In this document: positions 41,350 through 49,956 of the stretch, one piece after another
Numbering within the stretch: position 1 is the stretch's first letter
How the letters are laid out: every line of letters starts with the position of its first letter
Assembly (NCBI GenBank): GCA_024644015.1
Contig: JAHELV010000002.1
Location: forward strand, 57,799 to 121,798
Origin: Nitriliruptorales bacterium
GTDB lineage: Bacteria > Actinomycetota > Nitriliruptoria > Euzebyales > JAHELV01
DNA: 64,000 nucleotides
Direction: 5' to 3'
Notes under the pieces: model-generated
The model's input: only the letters and a program-made list of their open reading frames with translations
What the model was told of the DNA's origin: nothing
Database searches by the model: none
Position numbers and translations under genes: made by a program

Positions 41350-42543
41350 TCAGAAGTGGGCGATCAGCGGGCAGTTGGAGATCAGGCCGCTGGGCCCGAC
41401 GTCGCCGCCTTCGAGCGCGGTCAGCGACCCGGCGCGGGCGAGGCGGACGACCTCCAGCTCGCTGCCGATCCGGGACCGATACCCGTTGGCGATCGCGTCG
41501 TCGGTCCAGACGGCCACGTACAGGTCCCACATGGGGCTGTATGCGGCGCCGTTCAGCACGCCCGGCGCGCCGTCGAAGATGTCGAGCACCTGCGCGCCCG
41601 CGTCGCCGAGCGCGCTGTTGAGCCCCTGTCGCTGCGGGTTGTCGGCACCGGTGGGCCCGTTGACGATGATGTAGTTGGCCGACACCGCCGAGTCGCTCGC
41701 GTCGTTGCGGCCGACGGGCAGGCTCTTCTTGAGCCGCGGCACGAACGTCGTCGCCTCGAGCGCCGAGACGAGCTCGCTGTTCGAGTCGAGGCTGATGAAC
41801 AGGATCGGCCGGTCCGAGGACGTGCCGACGTTCATGGTCAGCGTGATCGTCTTGTTGGCCGGTGAGATCGCCACCGCCCGGTCGATGACCAGCGAGTAGT
41901 CGATGCCGCCGTCGGGGAACTCGATCTGCGCAGCCGACACGTCGAAGGCCACGATCGTGGCGTTGAGCACGACGTCGTGCTGGTTGCCCACCCGTACCAG
42001 CGGCGAGTAGGCCGCGTCGCCCTCCGACCCCGGTTGCGCCTGCGCCGGCGGGAAGAAGTCAGGCGCCGCACCGGCGGTGACGACCCGCTCAGGTGAGAAG
42101 TCGACCGTGCCCGCGTCGAAGACCAGCGTGCCGTGATGTCCACGCCGGGCGCTGCGGACCGCGGCGTCAGGCGCGTTGGCCAGTTTGGGCGACCAGTTGA
42201 CGCCCAGCCTGCGCGCGGTCGCACGGTCGGAGGCGTCGGTCACCACATACCACACGCTGCGGCCATCGCGCATCGCTCCTCGTCGCAACGGCAGCGTCAC
42301 GGTGCCCTGGTCGGCGTTGATCCGCCCCGAGGGCAGGATCGGCTCCAGGTCGTACCCGACGGGGAAGTAGTCGGCGACGACGGGTGGGGTCTCGACGAAC
42401 AGCGCGTCCGGGTCGCCGCCAGCTTGTTGATCGACGGGCGTCACCGCGGCGCTGCCGAGCAGCAGCACGACGGCGGGAGCGGCGATCAGCGAGCGCCAGC
42501 GGCCGGAGACAAGTGGCCGCCCGGGTATGCGGAACCTGTGCAT
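41350..42543 (-). CDS. Secreted hypothetical protein (~397 aa)
   Basis: I trimmed the track ORF to the internal ATG (MHRFRIPGRPLVSGRWRSLIAAPAVVLLLGSAAV looks like a signal peptide or anchor). GC3 is high and the composition is balanced. I recognise no catalytic motif. Confidence 0.6.
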   Translation of the reverse strand: MHRFRIPGRPLVSGRWRSLIAAPAVVLLLGSAAVTPVDQQAGGDPDALFVETPPVVADYFPVGYDLEPILPSGRINADQGTVTLPLRRGAMRDGRSVWYVVTDASDRATARRLGVNWSPKLANAPDAAVRSARRGHHGTLVFDAGTVDFSPERVVTAGAAPDFFPPAQAQPGSEGDAAYSPLVRVGNQHDVVLNATIVAFDVSAAQIEFPDGGIDYSLVIDRAVAISPANKTITLTMNVGTSSDRPILFISLDSNSELVSALEATTFVPRLKKSLPVGRNDASDSAVSANYIIVNGPTGADNPQRQGLNSALGDAGAQVLDIFDGAPGVLNGAAYSPMWDLYVAVWTDDAIANGYRSRIGSELEVVRLARAGSLTALEGGDVGPSGLISNCPLIAHF

Positions 42544-42613
42544 GGCATCGTCCTGACTGTTGAGTTCGCACGTTGCGTGCGGCAACAGTCACGACGCGTG
42601 GACGACCGTTACA

Positions 42614-43294
42614 TCAGACGACGCCAACGTTCGTGCGCAGGATGTGTTCGTGGAACCATGAGGCCTGCAGTGCGCGCTCCAGCGCGGCGGCGTCGGCGGT
42701 GCGTTGAGCGACGTGGGCGGCCGTGAACGCGACGAGGTTCGCCCGTCCGGCCGCACCGAACATGATCGCGTCGGCGAGATAGCCGACGACGTCCGCGGCA
42801 TCCGTGACGCCGGTCTGGTCCGGAGTTGTCGCCGCGGCCCGCTTGGTGCCGCTCGGCGCTGTCAACGTCGCGCTCGTCACGCCGTGCAGCTCGTCGATGC
42901 GTGAACAGGCCCCGAGCTGCGCCGCGCGCGCCACATCGCCGACGCCCGTCAAGGCGACGACGGCGTGGTCACGGATCCGCCAGATGCACGCGTGCGCGAA
43001 CGCCACGGCGGCGTTGGCGTCCCAGGCCGCGATCCGTTCGACCAGGCGGCCGGACGGTGCGACGACGTGGTACGGCTCGTCGACGTGCGCTCCGCCGAGC
43101 TCGAGCGCCCACAGCTCGTCGCAGATCCAGTACGGCAGGTCGGCGGGTTGGCACGCGTGGATCCCGTTGCGGCACGGCGACGGCGCGCCGCCGGCGTGCA
43201 CCCACGGGCCCGGTGTCGGACCCGTCGGGCGCGGCCACGCGAACCCGGTGAACGGACCGACCGCACCTGTGCGCAGGAACTTGTACGCCAACAC
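42614..43294 (-). CDS. Hypothetical cytoplasmic protein (~226 aa) immediately downstream of the anti-sigma gene
   Basis: GTG 43294 lies 16 nt after the anti-sigma stop. The N-terminal block is VLAYKFLRTGAVGPFTGFAWP...PCRNGIHACQPADLPYWICDELWALEL (spaced Cys/His). The C-terminal half is helical and Ala-rich. I cannot name a family. Confidence 0.55.
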   Translation of the reverse strand: MLAYKFLRTGAVGPFTGFAWPRPTGPTPGPWVHAGGAPSPCRNGIHACQPADLPYWICDELWALELGGAHVDEPYHVVAPSGRLVERIAAWDANAAVAFAHACIWRIRDHAVVALTGVGDVARAAQLGACSRIDELHGVTSATLTAPSGTKRAAATTPDQTGVTDAADVVGYLADAIMFGAAGRANLVAFTAAHVAQRTADAAALERALQASWFHEHILRTNVGVV

Positions 43295-43310
43295 GAGCGG
43301 ACTCCGACCG

Positions 43311-43556
43311 TCAGTGTTCGTGCCAGTCGCGGAAGGCACGCAGCAGCTCGTCCCGCGACGTGGGCGGGATGGACTCGGCGGGAAGCCTGCCAACGGCGGC
43401 GATGGTGGCTCGCATCTGGTCCAGGTACGTGGTGCAGTCCTCGCAGATGCTGATGTGCAGCTCGAACCGCACGCGCTCCGACGGTGGCAGGTCGCCTTCG
43501 AGGTAGTCAGTGACCAGCTCCACGAGCTCCTTGCAGGTCACGCCGCGGTCGATCAT
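43311..43556 (-). CDS. Soluble zinc-binding anti-sigma factor (ZAS, RsrA-like, 81 aa)
   Basis: These are the last 81 codons of the 354-aa track ORF. MIDRGVTCKELVELVTDYLEGDL...FELHISICEDCTTYLDQM carries C-x26-H-x3-C-x2-C, the spacing of the RsrA zinc/redox ligands. There is no TM segment. The ATG overlaps the sigma stop (ATGA). Confidence 0.8.
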   Translation of the reverse strand: MIDRGVTCKELVELVTDYLEGDLPPSERVRFELHISICEDCTTYLDQMRATIAAVGRLPAESIPPTSRDELLRAFRDWHEH

Positions 43557-44230
43557 CGCGTCACCAACCGTCGGTCCATGTACTCCTCGAGCCGCGCGCG
43601 GACCGCCGCACGCGCGCGGTGCAGCAGCACCCGCTGGTTCGCCTCGGACAGTCCCAACGTCGCACACACTTCCTTTGAGGTGAAGCCCTGCTCGTCGCGC
43701 AGCGTGATCACCGCTCGCTGTCGCGGCCCGAGCTCGTCGATCGCCCGTCGGATGACGTCGCCCGTCTCCTTCGACAGCAGGCTGTCCTCGGGCGCCCACT
43801 CGCGTGGGGGTCTGGCCCAGTCGTGGCCCCAGCGGTGTGAGGCGTCGAGGAACCGGTCCGCGTCGACGGTCGCGGCGTGGTCGCGTTCGTCGTGCACCGC
43901 CGACAGCGGGATGCTGCGTGCTTCCCGCACTCCTCGGGTCTTGCTGAGGTTGGTGACGATGCGAAAGACCCATGTCCGCAGGGACGACCGGCCCTCGAAA
44001 CGCGAGATGCCCCGCACCACCCCCATCCAGGCATCCTGCACGACCTCCTCGGCCACGGCGCGGCTGGAGACGTGGAGCAGGGCGACACGCAACATCGCGG
44101 AGGACCATCGGTCGATGAGCGCGGCGAAGGTCGGCTCGTGCCCGGCCCGCAGCGCCGCGATGACGGCGGCGTCGTCGGACAGGTCCACAGGGACGGCGGT
44201 CGACGCCGAACGTTCGACCGGCACGGCCAT
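43553..44230 (-). CDS. ECF (group 4) RNA polymerase sigma factor
   Basis: Sigma-2: AEEVVQDAWMGVVRGISRFEGRSSLRTWVFRIVTNLSKTR. Sigma-4: LGPRQRAVITLRDEQGFTSKEVCATLGLSEANQRVLLHRARAAVR. The two regions are joined by a long linker. I trimmed the start to ATG 44230 (MAVPVER). Confidence 0.85.
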   Translation of the reverse strand: MAVPVERSASTAVPVDLSDDAAVIAALRAGHEPTFAALIDRWSSAMLRVALLHVSSRAVAEEVVQDAWMGVVRGISRFEGRSSLRTWVFRIVTNLSKTRGVREARSIPLSAVHDERDHAATVDADRFLDASHRWGHDWARPPREWAPEDSLLSKETGDVIRRAIDELGPRQRAVITLRDEQGFTSKEVCATLGLSEANQRVLLHRARAAVRARLEEYMDRRLVTR

Positions 44231-44459
44231 GGGCGCCCCCTGTTCGATCTCGGCGCAGCGTACTCGACCCGCGCTGCGGGTGGGTAGGTCGATGCGCGAG
44301 ATCACGTGGATACCGTCTCGCGACGGCGGTGAGCGTTACACAGCAATTCGCCTTCGGCCGCGACAGCGGTGGCATGTCGACGCCGGCGGGTCATGCGTAA
44401 CGAACCGAGCACGCGCGAGACAGCACGCTCACCACACTCCCACGCGCTGTGAGGACGTC

Positions 44460-45683
44460 ATGCCCGAGGTATCGCTCAGCGGCTTCGCGATCGTGACGGC
44501 GGTCGCGTTCGCCGTCCCGTTGATTGCGGGGCTGTTCCCACGTGTCCGCCTTCCCGGTGCGGTACTCGAGATCGTCGCGGGCATCGTGATCGGCCCGTCC
44601 GTTCTCGGTTGGGTCCAGATCGACGAACCGTTGCAGGTGCTGGGGCTCATCGGGTTGGCGTTCCTGTTGTTCCTGGCGGGCCTCGAGATCGACTTCGTCC
44701 ACCTGCGCGGCACGCTCCTGCGCGCCGCCGTCCTCGGATTCGCGCTGTCGTTCGCGATCGCGCTGCTGATCGGCGGGGGCCTGGCCGCGTTCGGGGTGGT
44801 GCAGTCCGCGTTGCTGGTGGCGATCATCCTCACGTCGACGTCGCTGGGCGTCATCGTGCCGCTGCTCAAGGACGCCGGACAGGCGGGAGCGCGGTTCGGT
44901 CAGCTCGTGATCGCCGCGGCGTCCATCGCGGACTTCGGCGCGGTGATCCTGCTGTCGCTGTTCTTCTCCCGCGAGGCCACGGGCATCGGCGCCCAGTTGC
45001 TCCTGCTCGGCGGCCTGGCCGTCCTGGCCCTCGTGCTCGGGTTCGGCGTCGCCGAGGCGTCGCGTTCCGCACGCCTGTCCGCGGAGCTCATCGCGCTGCA
45101 GGACAGCAGCGCCCAGATTCGCGTCCGCGGTGCGGTCGTATTGCTCGCCGTGTTCATCTGGTTCGCGCAGCTCGTCGGACTCGAGGTGATCCTGGGCGCC
45201 TTCATCGCCGGCGCGGTGCTGCGTCTGGTCGACCGGTCGACCATGACCCATCCGACGTTCCGCACGAAGCTCGACGCGCTCGGCTACGGCATGTTCATCC
45301 CGATCTTCTTCGTCACCAGCGGGGTGCGCTTCGACGTCGCGGCGCTGACCGCAGACCGCTCTGCGCTGGCAACGATCCCGCTGTTCGTCGTCGCGCTTCT
45401 GGCCGTGCGCGGACTGCCGGCACTGCTGTACACCCGCCAGATCGGTGCGCGACTGACCGGCGTTGCGGCGCTGTTGCAGGCGACGTCGCTGCCGTTCATC
45501 GTCGCCGCCGCCCAGATCGGCATGGAACTGGGTGTCCTGAGCACCGCGGTCGGTGCGGCGCTCGTCGCGGCCGGGCTGGTGTCGGTCCTGGTGTTCCCGC
45601 TGGCGGCGCTTTCGCTGCTGCGCCCGATGCCGACGCCCATGGTCGCCGGCGTCGACACGGCGGCGCCGTCAACGACCAGTTGA
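44460..45683 (+). CDS. Cation:proton antiporter (CPA2/Kef-type Na+/H+ exchanger family)
   Basis: Only the 3' 407 codons of the 959-aa track ORF look real. MPEVSLSGFAIVTAVAFAVPLIAGLF...LEIVAGIVIGPSVLGW...LLFLAGLEIDF is the classic Na_H_Exchanger N-terminal pattern. Confidence 0.85.
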   Translation: MPEVSLSGFAIVTAVAFAVPLIAGLFPRVRLPGAVLEIVAGIVIGPSVLGWVQIDEPLQVLGLIGLAFLLFLAGLEIDFVHLRGTLLRAAVLGFALSFAIALLIGGGLAAFGVVQSALLVAIILTSTSLGVIVPLLKDAGQAGARFGQLVIAAASIADFGAVILLSLFFSREATGIGAQLLLLGGLAVLALVLGFGVAEASRSARLSAELIALQDSSAQIRVRGAVVLLAVFIWFAQLVGLEVILGAFIAGAVLRLVDRSTMTHPTFRTKLDALGYGMFIPIFFVTSGVRFDVAALTADRSALATIPLFVVALLAVRGLPALLYTRQIGARLTGVAALLQATSLPFIVAAAQIGMELGVLSTAVGAALVAAGLVSVLVFPLAALSLLRPMPTPMVAGVDTAAPSTTS

Positions 45684-45972
45684 GGTTCGCATCGAGGCCG
45701 ATCTCGGGCTGGGCAGGGCCACCATCGGCCCCTGGAACGGATCCTGCGCCCCCGCCCACCGGTTCCCCAACCTCCTGGCGGTCGCCGGGCAGTCCACCGG
45801 TGGCGATCCGACGAGCAGTTCGCGCTGCTCATCGATCTGTTCGTCGACGGCCTCGCAACGAGAGGGCGTGAGCAGTCGAAGCGATCCTGTCGCGGCCGCG
45901 CTACCGCACGCCGGGCGGCCGCCGAAGTCGGCGGTAGGGTGCGACCTGGACCGGTCCCCGTGGAGGCACCCC

Positions 45973-46842
45973 ATGAGCCAGCTCAGCGAGCCGCTGCCGT
46001 CGTTCCTTGCCGAACCATCGAGGATTGGTGAGGAGATCAGCGTCACGGGCAAGTGGGTCCCGGCGAAACCGGGCGGGCGGTTCCGGAAGTCAGCGTCCTC
46101 ACAGGAGATGCTCCGGGAGTGGGAGGACATCCATGCGGCTGCCAGGGCCGATGCGGGCGTCCTGTCGACCGAGATCAACCATGCGGTCGGTGAGGACGCC
46201 GTGCTCGTCCATCACGTCTTCGCCGACCCCCACGCGTTGATCGAGTACTTCTCCACGACCGCCACCCAGCACATGGGCCCGCTCCTGACCGTTGCCACAC
46301 CCCAGCTGCACCTGGCCCGCGGCGTCAGCGTTCCTGCTGCTGCACGAAACGCGCTGCTGGCCAAGCAGGTGCCCGCGGTGTTCGGAGAGCTGCTGTTCGG
46401 CTACGTCCGGGATGACTACCGGCGCCCCGATCCGACGACCGCCATCCAGGTCACCGCGAAGTGGACGTGCAAGGACGGCGCGGCCAGCCACCTCGACGAG
46501 CTGACGCACTGGTGGCAGCGAGTGGGGACCGACGCGCATTCGATGGAACAGGGCCTCCTGCGATTCGAGGCCTACCAAGCTGTGGGCGAGGACGCCCTGA
46601 TCATCCACGAGACCTTCGCCAGCAGCGACGAGCTGAAGTTCCACCTGTCCAAGGGCACCGCGGAGAAGTACAAGAAAGACATCGACCAGGTCGCCGTGCC
46701 GGAGGCCTACTTCTTCCGCGGACCCGTGTCCTGGACCATCCGGACCTACTCCAGGTTCATGCACCTGCCGGCGACCTACTCCAGCCGTGGCAGCCACTTC
46801 ACCCAGCCCGGGGGCACCATGAGCGAGGGCACCACAGCCTGA
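45973..46842 (+). CDS. Hypothetical protein, probably a tandem ABM-like (dimeric alpha-beta barrel) fold
   Basis: I trimmed the track ORF to ATG 45973 (GGAGG 7 nt upstream). There are two repeats of the pattern ...GEDAVLVHHVFADPHALIEYF... and ...GEDALIIHETFASSDELKFHL.... GC3 is high. Confidence 0.55.
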   Translation: MSQLSEPLPSFLAEPSRIGEEISVTGKWVPAKPGGRFRKSASSQEMLREWEDIHAAARADAGVLSTEINHAVGEDAVLVHHVFADPHALIEYFSTTATQHMGPLLTVATPQLHLARGVSVPAAARNALLAKQVPAVFGELLFGYVRDDYRRPDPTTAIQVTAKWTCKDGAASHLDELTHWWQRVGTDAHSMEQGLLRFEAYQAVGEDALIIHETFASSDELKFHLSKGTAEKYKKDIDQVAVPEAYFFRGPVSWTIRTYSRFMHLPATYSSRGSHFTQPGGTMSEGTTA

Positions 46843-46850
46843 TCACCCCT

Positions 46851-47699
46851 TCATGCAGCCCCTGGACTGACAGGCGCGCCGGACTGACCGGACACCGTCG
46901 CCAGCCGGCCCTGGCGCCAGGCGACCGCCGCCGCCACGCCGTCGCGCTGCACGATCGACAGGAACGCACGCGACTCCTTGGTGTCGGTCGTTTCGATCTG
47001 GACGTCGATCTCGAGTGCCTCGTCGAGCGCGGCGTCCAGGCCCATCAGCTCGTAGCTGCGGTTCACGGCCCGCTTGGTGAGCCGCACTGCGGTGGCGTCC
47101 AGCAGCGCACAACGCCGGGCCATCCGCGCGACCTCATCGTCCAGCGCGGCGCGCTCGACCAGGGCGTTGACCAGGCCGAGGTCGAGTGCGCGGTCCGCGC
47201 CCATCCGGTCCGTGCCGAACAGCAGCAGCTCCTTGGCCGCCTTCGGGCCGGTGAGCCAGGGCAGCAGCAGGGCCACGATGCCCGACCCGAACGTTGGCTC
47301 GGGCTCGCCGAACACCGCGTCGGTCGCCGCGATGGTCACGTCGCAGGCCAGTGCCAGCTCGAAGCCGCCGCCCAGCGCGTACCCGTGGACGGCCGACAGG
47401 GTGGGCTTCGGCGACCGCCAGAACCGCATGATGACGTCGAGGTCGGCCGCCAGCACGGTGCGGACTTCGTCGACCGACGCCCCGTCGTCGACCTCGTCGA
47501 GATCGAAGCCCGCGCAGAACGCCCGCCCGTCGCCCCGAAGCACGATGACGCGCACATCTGGGTCGGCCTCGGCCAGGTCCATCGCGAGGTGCAGTTCGGC
47601 GACCATCTCGGCCGTGATCGCGTTCAACTTCGCCGGCCGGGCGAGTGTGATCTGTGCAACAGGCCCGTTGGTCGCGAACCGGATGTTCTCGAAGCGCAT
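46851..47699 (-). CDS. Enoyl-CoA hydratase/isomerase (crotonase) family protein
   Basis: VAQITLARPAKLNAITAEM...VIVLRGDGRAFCAGFDL...VHGYALGGGFELALACD are the oxyanion-hole motifs. The ATG shares one base with the stop of the upstream synthetase (TGATG). Confidence 0.9.
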   Translation of the reverse strand: MRFENIRFATNGPVAQITLARPAKLNAITAEMVAELHLAMDLAEADPDVRVIVLRGDGRAFCAGFDLDEVDDGASVDEVRTVLAADLDVIMRFWRSPKPTLSAVHGYALGGGFELALACDVTIAATDAVFGEPEPTFGSGIVALLLPWLTGPKAAKELLLFGTDRMGADRALDLGLVNALVERAALDDEVARMARRCALLDATAVRLTKRAVNRSYELMGLDAALDEALEIDVQIETTDTKESRAFLSIVQRDGVAAAVAWRQGRLATVSGQSGAPVSPGAA

Positions 47700-49858
47700 C
47701 AGGACCGACCGTCCGCGACCCCGCCTGCGGGGACGATCAGGCAGTCGGCGGCGACCGCGCCGTCGGGTCCGACGAACACCGGGTTGATGTCCATCTCGGC
47801 GATCAGTGGGCCGACGTCGGCGGCGAGCCGGCTCAACTTGACGTACGTGTCGACGACGGCCTCCCGGTCGCAGGCCGGCGCACCGCGGTACCCGTCGAGC
47901 AGCTGTCTCAGTGTGAGATCGTCGATGCGACGCGCCGCGGTGTCGTGGTCGATCGGGACCATCGCGAGCTGCGTGTCCTTGAGCAGCTCGATCAGCGTCC
48001 CGCCGAACGCGACCAACAGGAAGCAGCCGAACCCATCGTCGCGCACGAGGCCGAAGGCCATCTCGACCGGTGTCGCCACCTGCTCACAGATGAGCGCCCT
48101 CGGACCCAGCCGGTCGGCGAGGTCGGCGTAGGCCGCGGCGAGCGCGTCCTCGTCGGCCAGCCCGAGCGCCACGCCGGCGACGTCGGACTTGTGGAGCACC
48201 CCCGGCATGGCGGTCTTGGCGACGACGGGGAAGCCGATGGCCCGGCCGATCTCGACGGCCTCGTCCGCCGACTCCGCGACGCCGTGCAGAGGTGTGGCGA
48301 TGCCGTAGTCGCGCAGCAGGGCATACCCCTCGTCTTCGGTCAGCGGGGCACGGCGTCCGGCGAGGGTGTGTCGCCATGCGTCGCGGGGTCCGGAGTGGGG
48401 TCCGGAGTGGCGCGGGTCGACGGGTCGCAGCACCGGACCGCGCGCAAGGAAGTCCCGGTAGTCGAACGCGTGCCTGATCGCCCGCAGCGACGCGATCGTG
48501 CCGTCCAGGACGGGAATGCCCGAGTGCGCGAGGCGCAGCGCGTGACGACGGTGCCCCCAGGCGCTGTAGTTGCTCATCACGACAACGGGTTTGTCCGTGG
48601 CCCGGGCCACGCTGCGGCACACCTCGAGGTAGCCGTCATGCAGGTCGAGTTCCTCGCTCAGGTCGGCGACCAGCATGGCCATGCCGGTGTCCTCATCGGC
48701 CAGCAGGGCGTTCAGGCAGTTCTCGAAGACCACCTCGTAGTCGTTGCCCGTACCCCATGCATCGACCGGGTTGACCGGTGTCAGACCCGGGTCGAGGTTG
48801 TCGCGCAGCTCCGCGGACGTCGCGGCGCTGATGTCGGCGAACCGCACGTTCTCGTCCGCCGCAACGTCGACGATCAGTTCCCGTTCACCGCCGGAGTCCA
48901 GCACGGCGGCCAGGCCACCCGCCGCCGGACGCCTGGGACTGCTGAGCAGCAGCGCAGTCGCGGCGAGCTCGTTGAGATCGCGGACGCTGGCCACGCCGTA
49001 TCGCCGGAACAGTGCCTCGTAGACCTGCGCGTCGCCGGCGATGGCCCCGGTGTGGCTCAGCGCGAAGCGTGCGCCCGCCTCGGTGCGACCGAGCTTGAGC
49101 GCGATGACGGGGATCTCGCGTTCGCACGCGGTCTCGAGTGCGGCGACGAACCGGTCCGGGTCGCGGATGGTCTCGACGACCAGGGCGATCGCGGTCGTGG
49201 ACTCCTGCGCCAGCGCGTACTGCATGTAGTCGGCGGTGCTGGTGACCAGCTCCTGCCCGGTCGAGATCGCCAGGTTGAACCGCAGCCGCTCGTCGTTGAA
49301 CAACAGCGCCTGCAGCAGCGAGCCCGACTGCGCAATGTACGTCACGCCGCCTACGCCGAGCGGCTCCGGATGGTACGACGCGAACGCGCGCAGACCGTGG
49401 GGCAGGTTGAAGAACCCCATGCAGTTCGCGCCGCACACGGGCACCTGCGCCTCACGCGCCATGGCGGCGATCCGGCCGCGCAGCACGTCACCGCCATGCC
49501 CTTCATCCTCGGCGCTCCCGAGGATCACGAGCGCCCGCGCGCCGGCCTCGAGCGCGTCGCGCACCGCCGTCTCGAGCACACGGTTCGGCACCGCGAGCAG
49601 CGCGAGGTCGACGGCGCCGGGAATCTGCGACACGCTGTCGACGCACCGGTAACCGGCCAACGAGTCGTACCTCGGGTTGACCGGATGGACCGCACCGGTG
49701 TACCCGCTGGGCGCCAGGTTGCGCAGCAGGTCGTTGCCGACGGTGTGCCGCCTGCGTGAGGCGCCGACCAGCGCGACGGAACGGGGCGCGAGCAGCGGCG
49801 TCAACCGCTGCGCGTCCGCGCCGGTCACGCGCATGTCAACGCGTTCGAGTGTCTGCAT
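47699..49858 (-). CDS. ADP-forming acyl-CoA synthetase (acetate--CoA ligase [ADP-forming] family: CoA-binding, succinyl-CoA-synthetase-like and ATP-grasp domains)
   Basis: LLAPRSVALVGASRR...GAVHPVNPRY (CoA_binding). GANCMGF...YIAQSGS (ligase-CoA). C-terminal ATP-grasp: EDEGYALLRDYGIATP...GFPVVAKTAMPGVLHKSDVGGV-like. Start is ATG 49858 (alternative ATG 49834). Confidence 0.85.
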   Translation of the reverse strand: MQTLERVDMRVTGADAQRLTPLLAPRSVALVGASRRRHTVGNDLLRNLAPSGYTGAVHPVNPRYDSLAGYRCVDSVSQIPGAVDLALLAVPNRVLETAVRDALEAGARALVILGSAEDEGHGGDVLRGRIAAMAREAQVPVCGANCMGFFNLPHGLRAFASYHPEPLGVGGVTYIAQSGSLLQALLFNDERLRFNLAISTGQELVTSTADYMQYALAQESTTAIALVVETIRDPDRFVAALETACEREIPVIALKLGRTEAGARFALSHTGAIAGDAQVYEALFRRYGVASVRDLNELAATALLLSSPRRPAAGGLAAVLDSGGERELIVDVAADENVRFADISAATSAELRDNLDPGLTPVNPVDAWGTGNDYEVVFENCLNALLADEDTGMAMLVADLSEELDLHDGYLEVCRSVARATDKPVVVMSNYSAWGHRRHALRLAHSGIPVLDGTIASLRAIRHAFDYRDFLARGPVLRPVDPRHSGPHSGPRDAWRHTLAGRRAPLTEDEGYALLRDYGIATPLHGVAESADEAVEIGRAIGFPVVAKTAMPGVLHKSDVAGVALGLADEDALAAAYADLADRLGPRALICEQVATPVEMAFGLVRDDGFGCFLLVAFGGTLIELLKDTQLAMVPIDHDTAARRIDDLTLRQLLDGYRGAPACDREAVVDTYVKLSRLAADVGPLIAEMDINPVFVGPDGAVAADCLIVPAGGVADGRS

Positions 49859-49891
49859 GGCTGGCACTGTGCGCCGGCGTGCCGCATTGCG

Positions 49892-49909
49892 ATACTCGTC
49901 ATCTCGTAT
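49892..49909. promoter_or_regulatory. Candidate LysR-type binding site in the divergent intergenic region
   Basis: ATAC-N10-GTAT dyad (ATACTCGTCATCTCGTAT) lies between the divergent starts at 49858 and 49957. It resembles the T-N11-A LysR box. The call rests on sequence pattern only. Confidence 0.25.
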
Positions 49910-49956
49910 GGGTTGCTCTAACCTCAAGGCATGGCAGGACCGATGGTTCACGAGCG

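Noticed and set aside
44231-44459. An ECF-type autoregulatory promoter (GGAAC-N16/17-CGT) upstream of the sigma factor gene.
   Set aside because: Only a poor GTAAC...CGTC arrangement with the wrong spacing is present on the minus strand. It is not convincing enough to annotate.
42804-45683. A 959-aa plus-strand ORF, and the 354-aa ORF at 43311-44375(-).
   Set aside because: The plus-strand ORF upstream of ATG 44460 is antisense to the sigma, anti-sigma and hypothetical genes. Only the antiporter part (44460-45683) has transporter motifs. Likewise, only the last 81 codons of 43311-44375 form the ZAS anti-sigma factor.
45684-45972. Possible IS/transposase remnant in the 290-nt gap after the antiporter. 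The frame-0 peptide ...RSDEQFALLIDLFVDGLATRGRE... resembles the LSDEQWALIEPLLP N-terminus of IS5/DUF4096-type transposases.
   Set aside because: The similarity covers only about 12 residues. There is no start codon, no inverted repeats and no further transposase-like sequence on either side. That is too weak to report as a mobile element.
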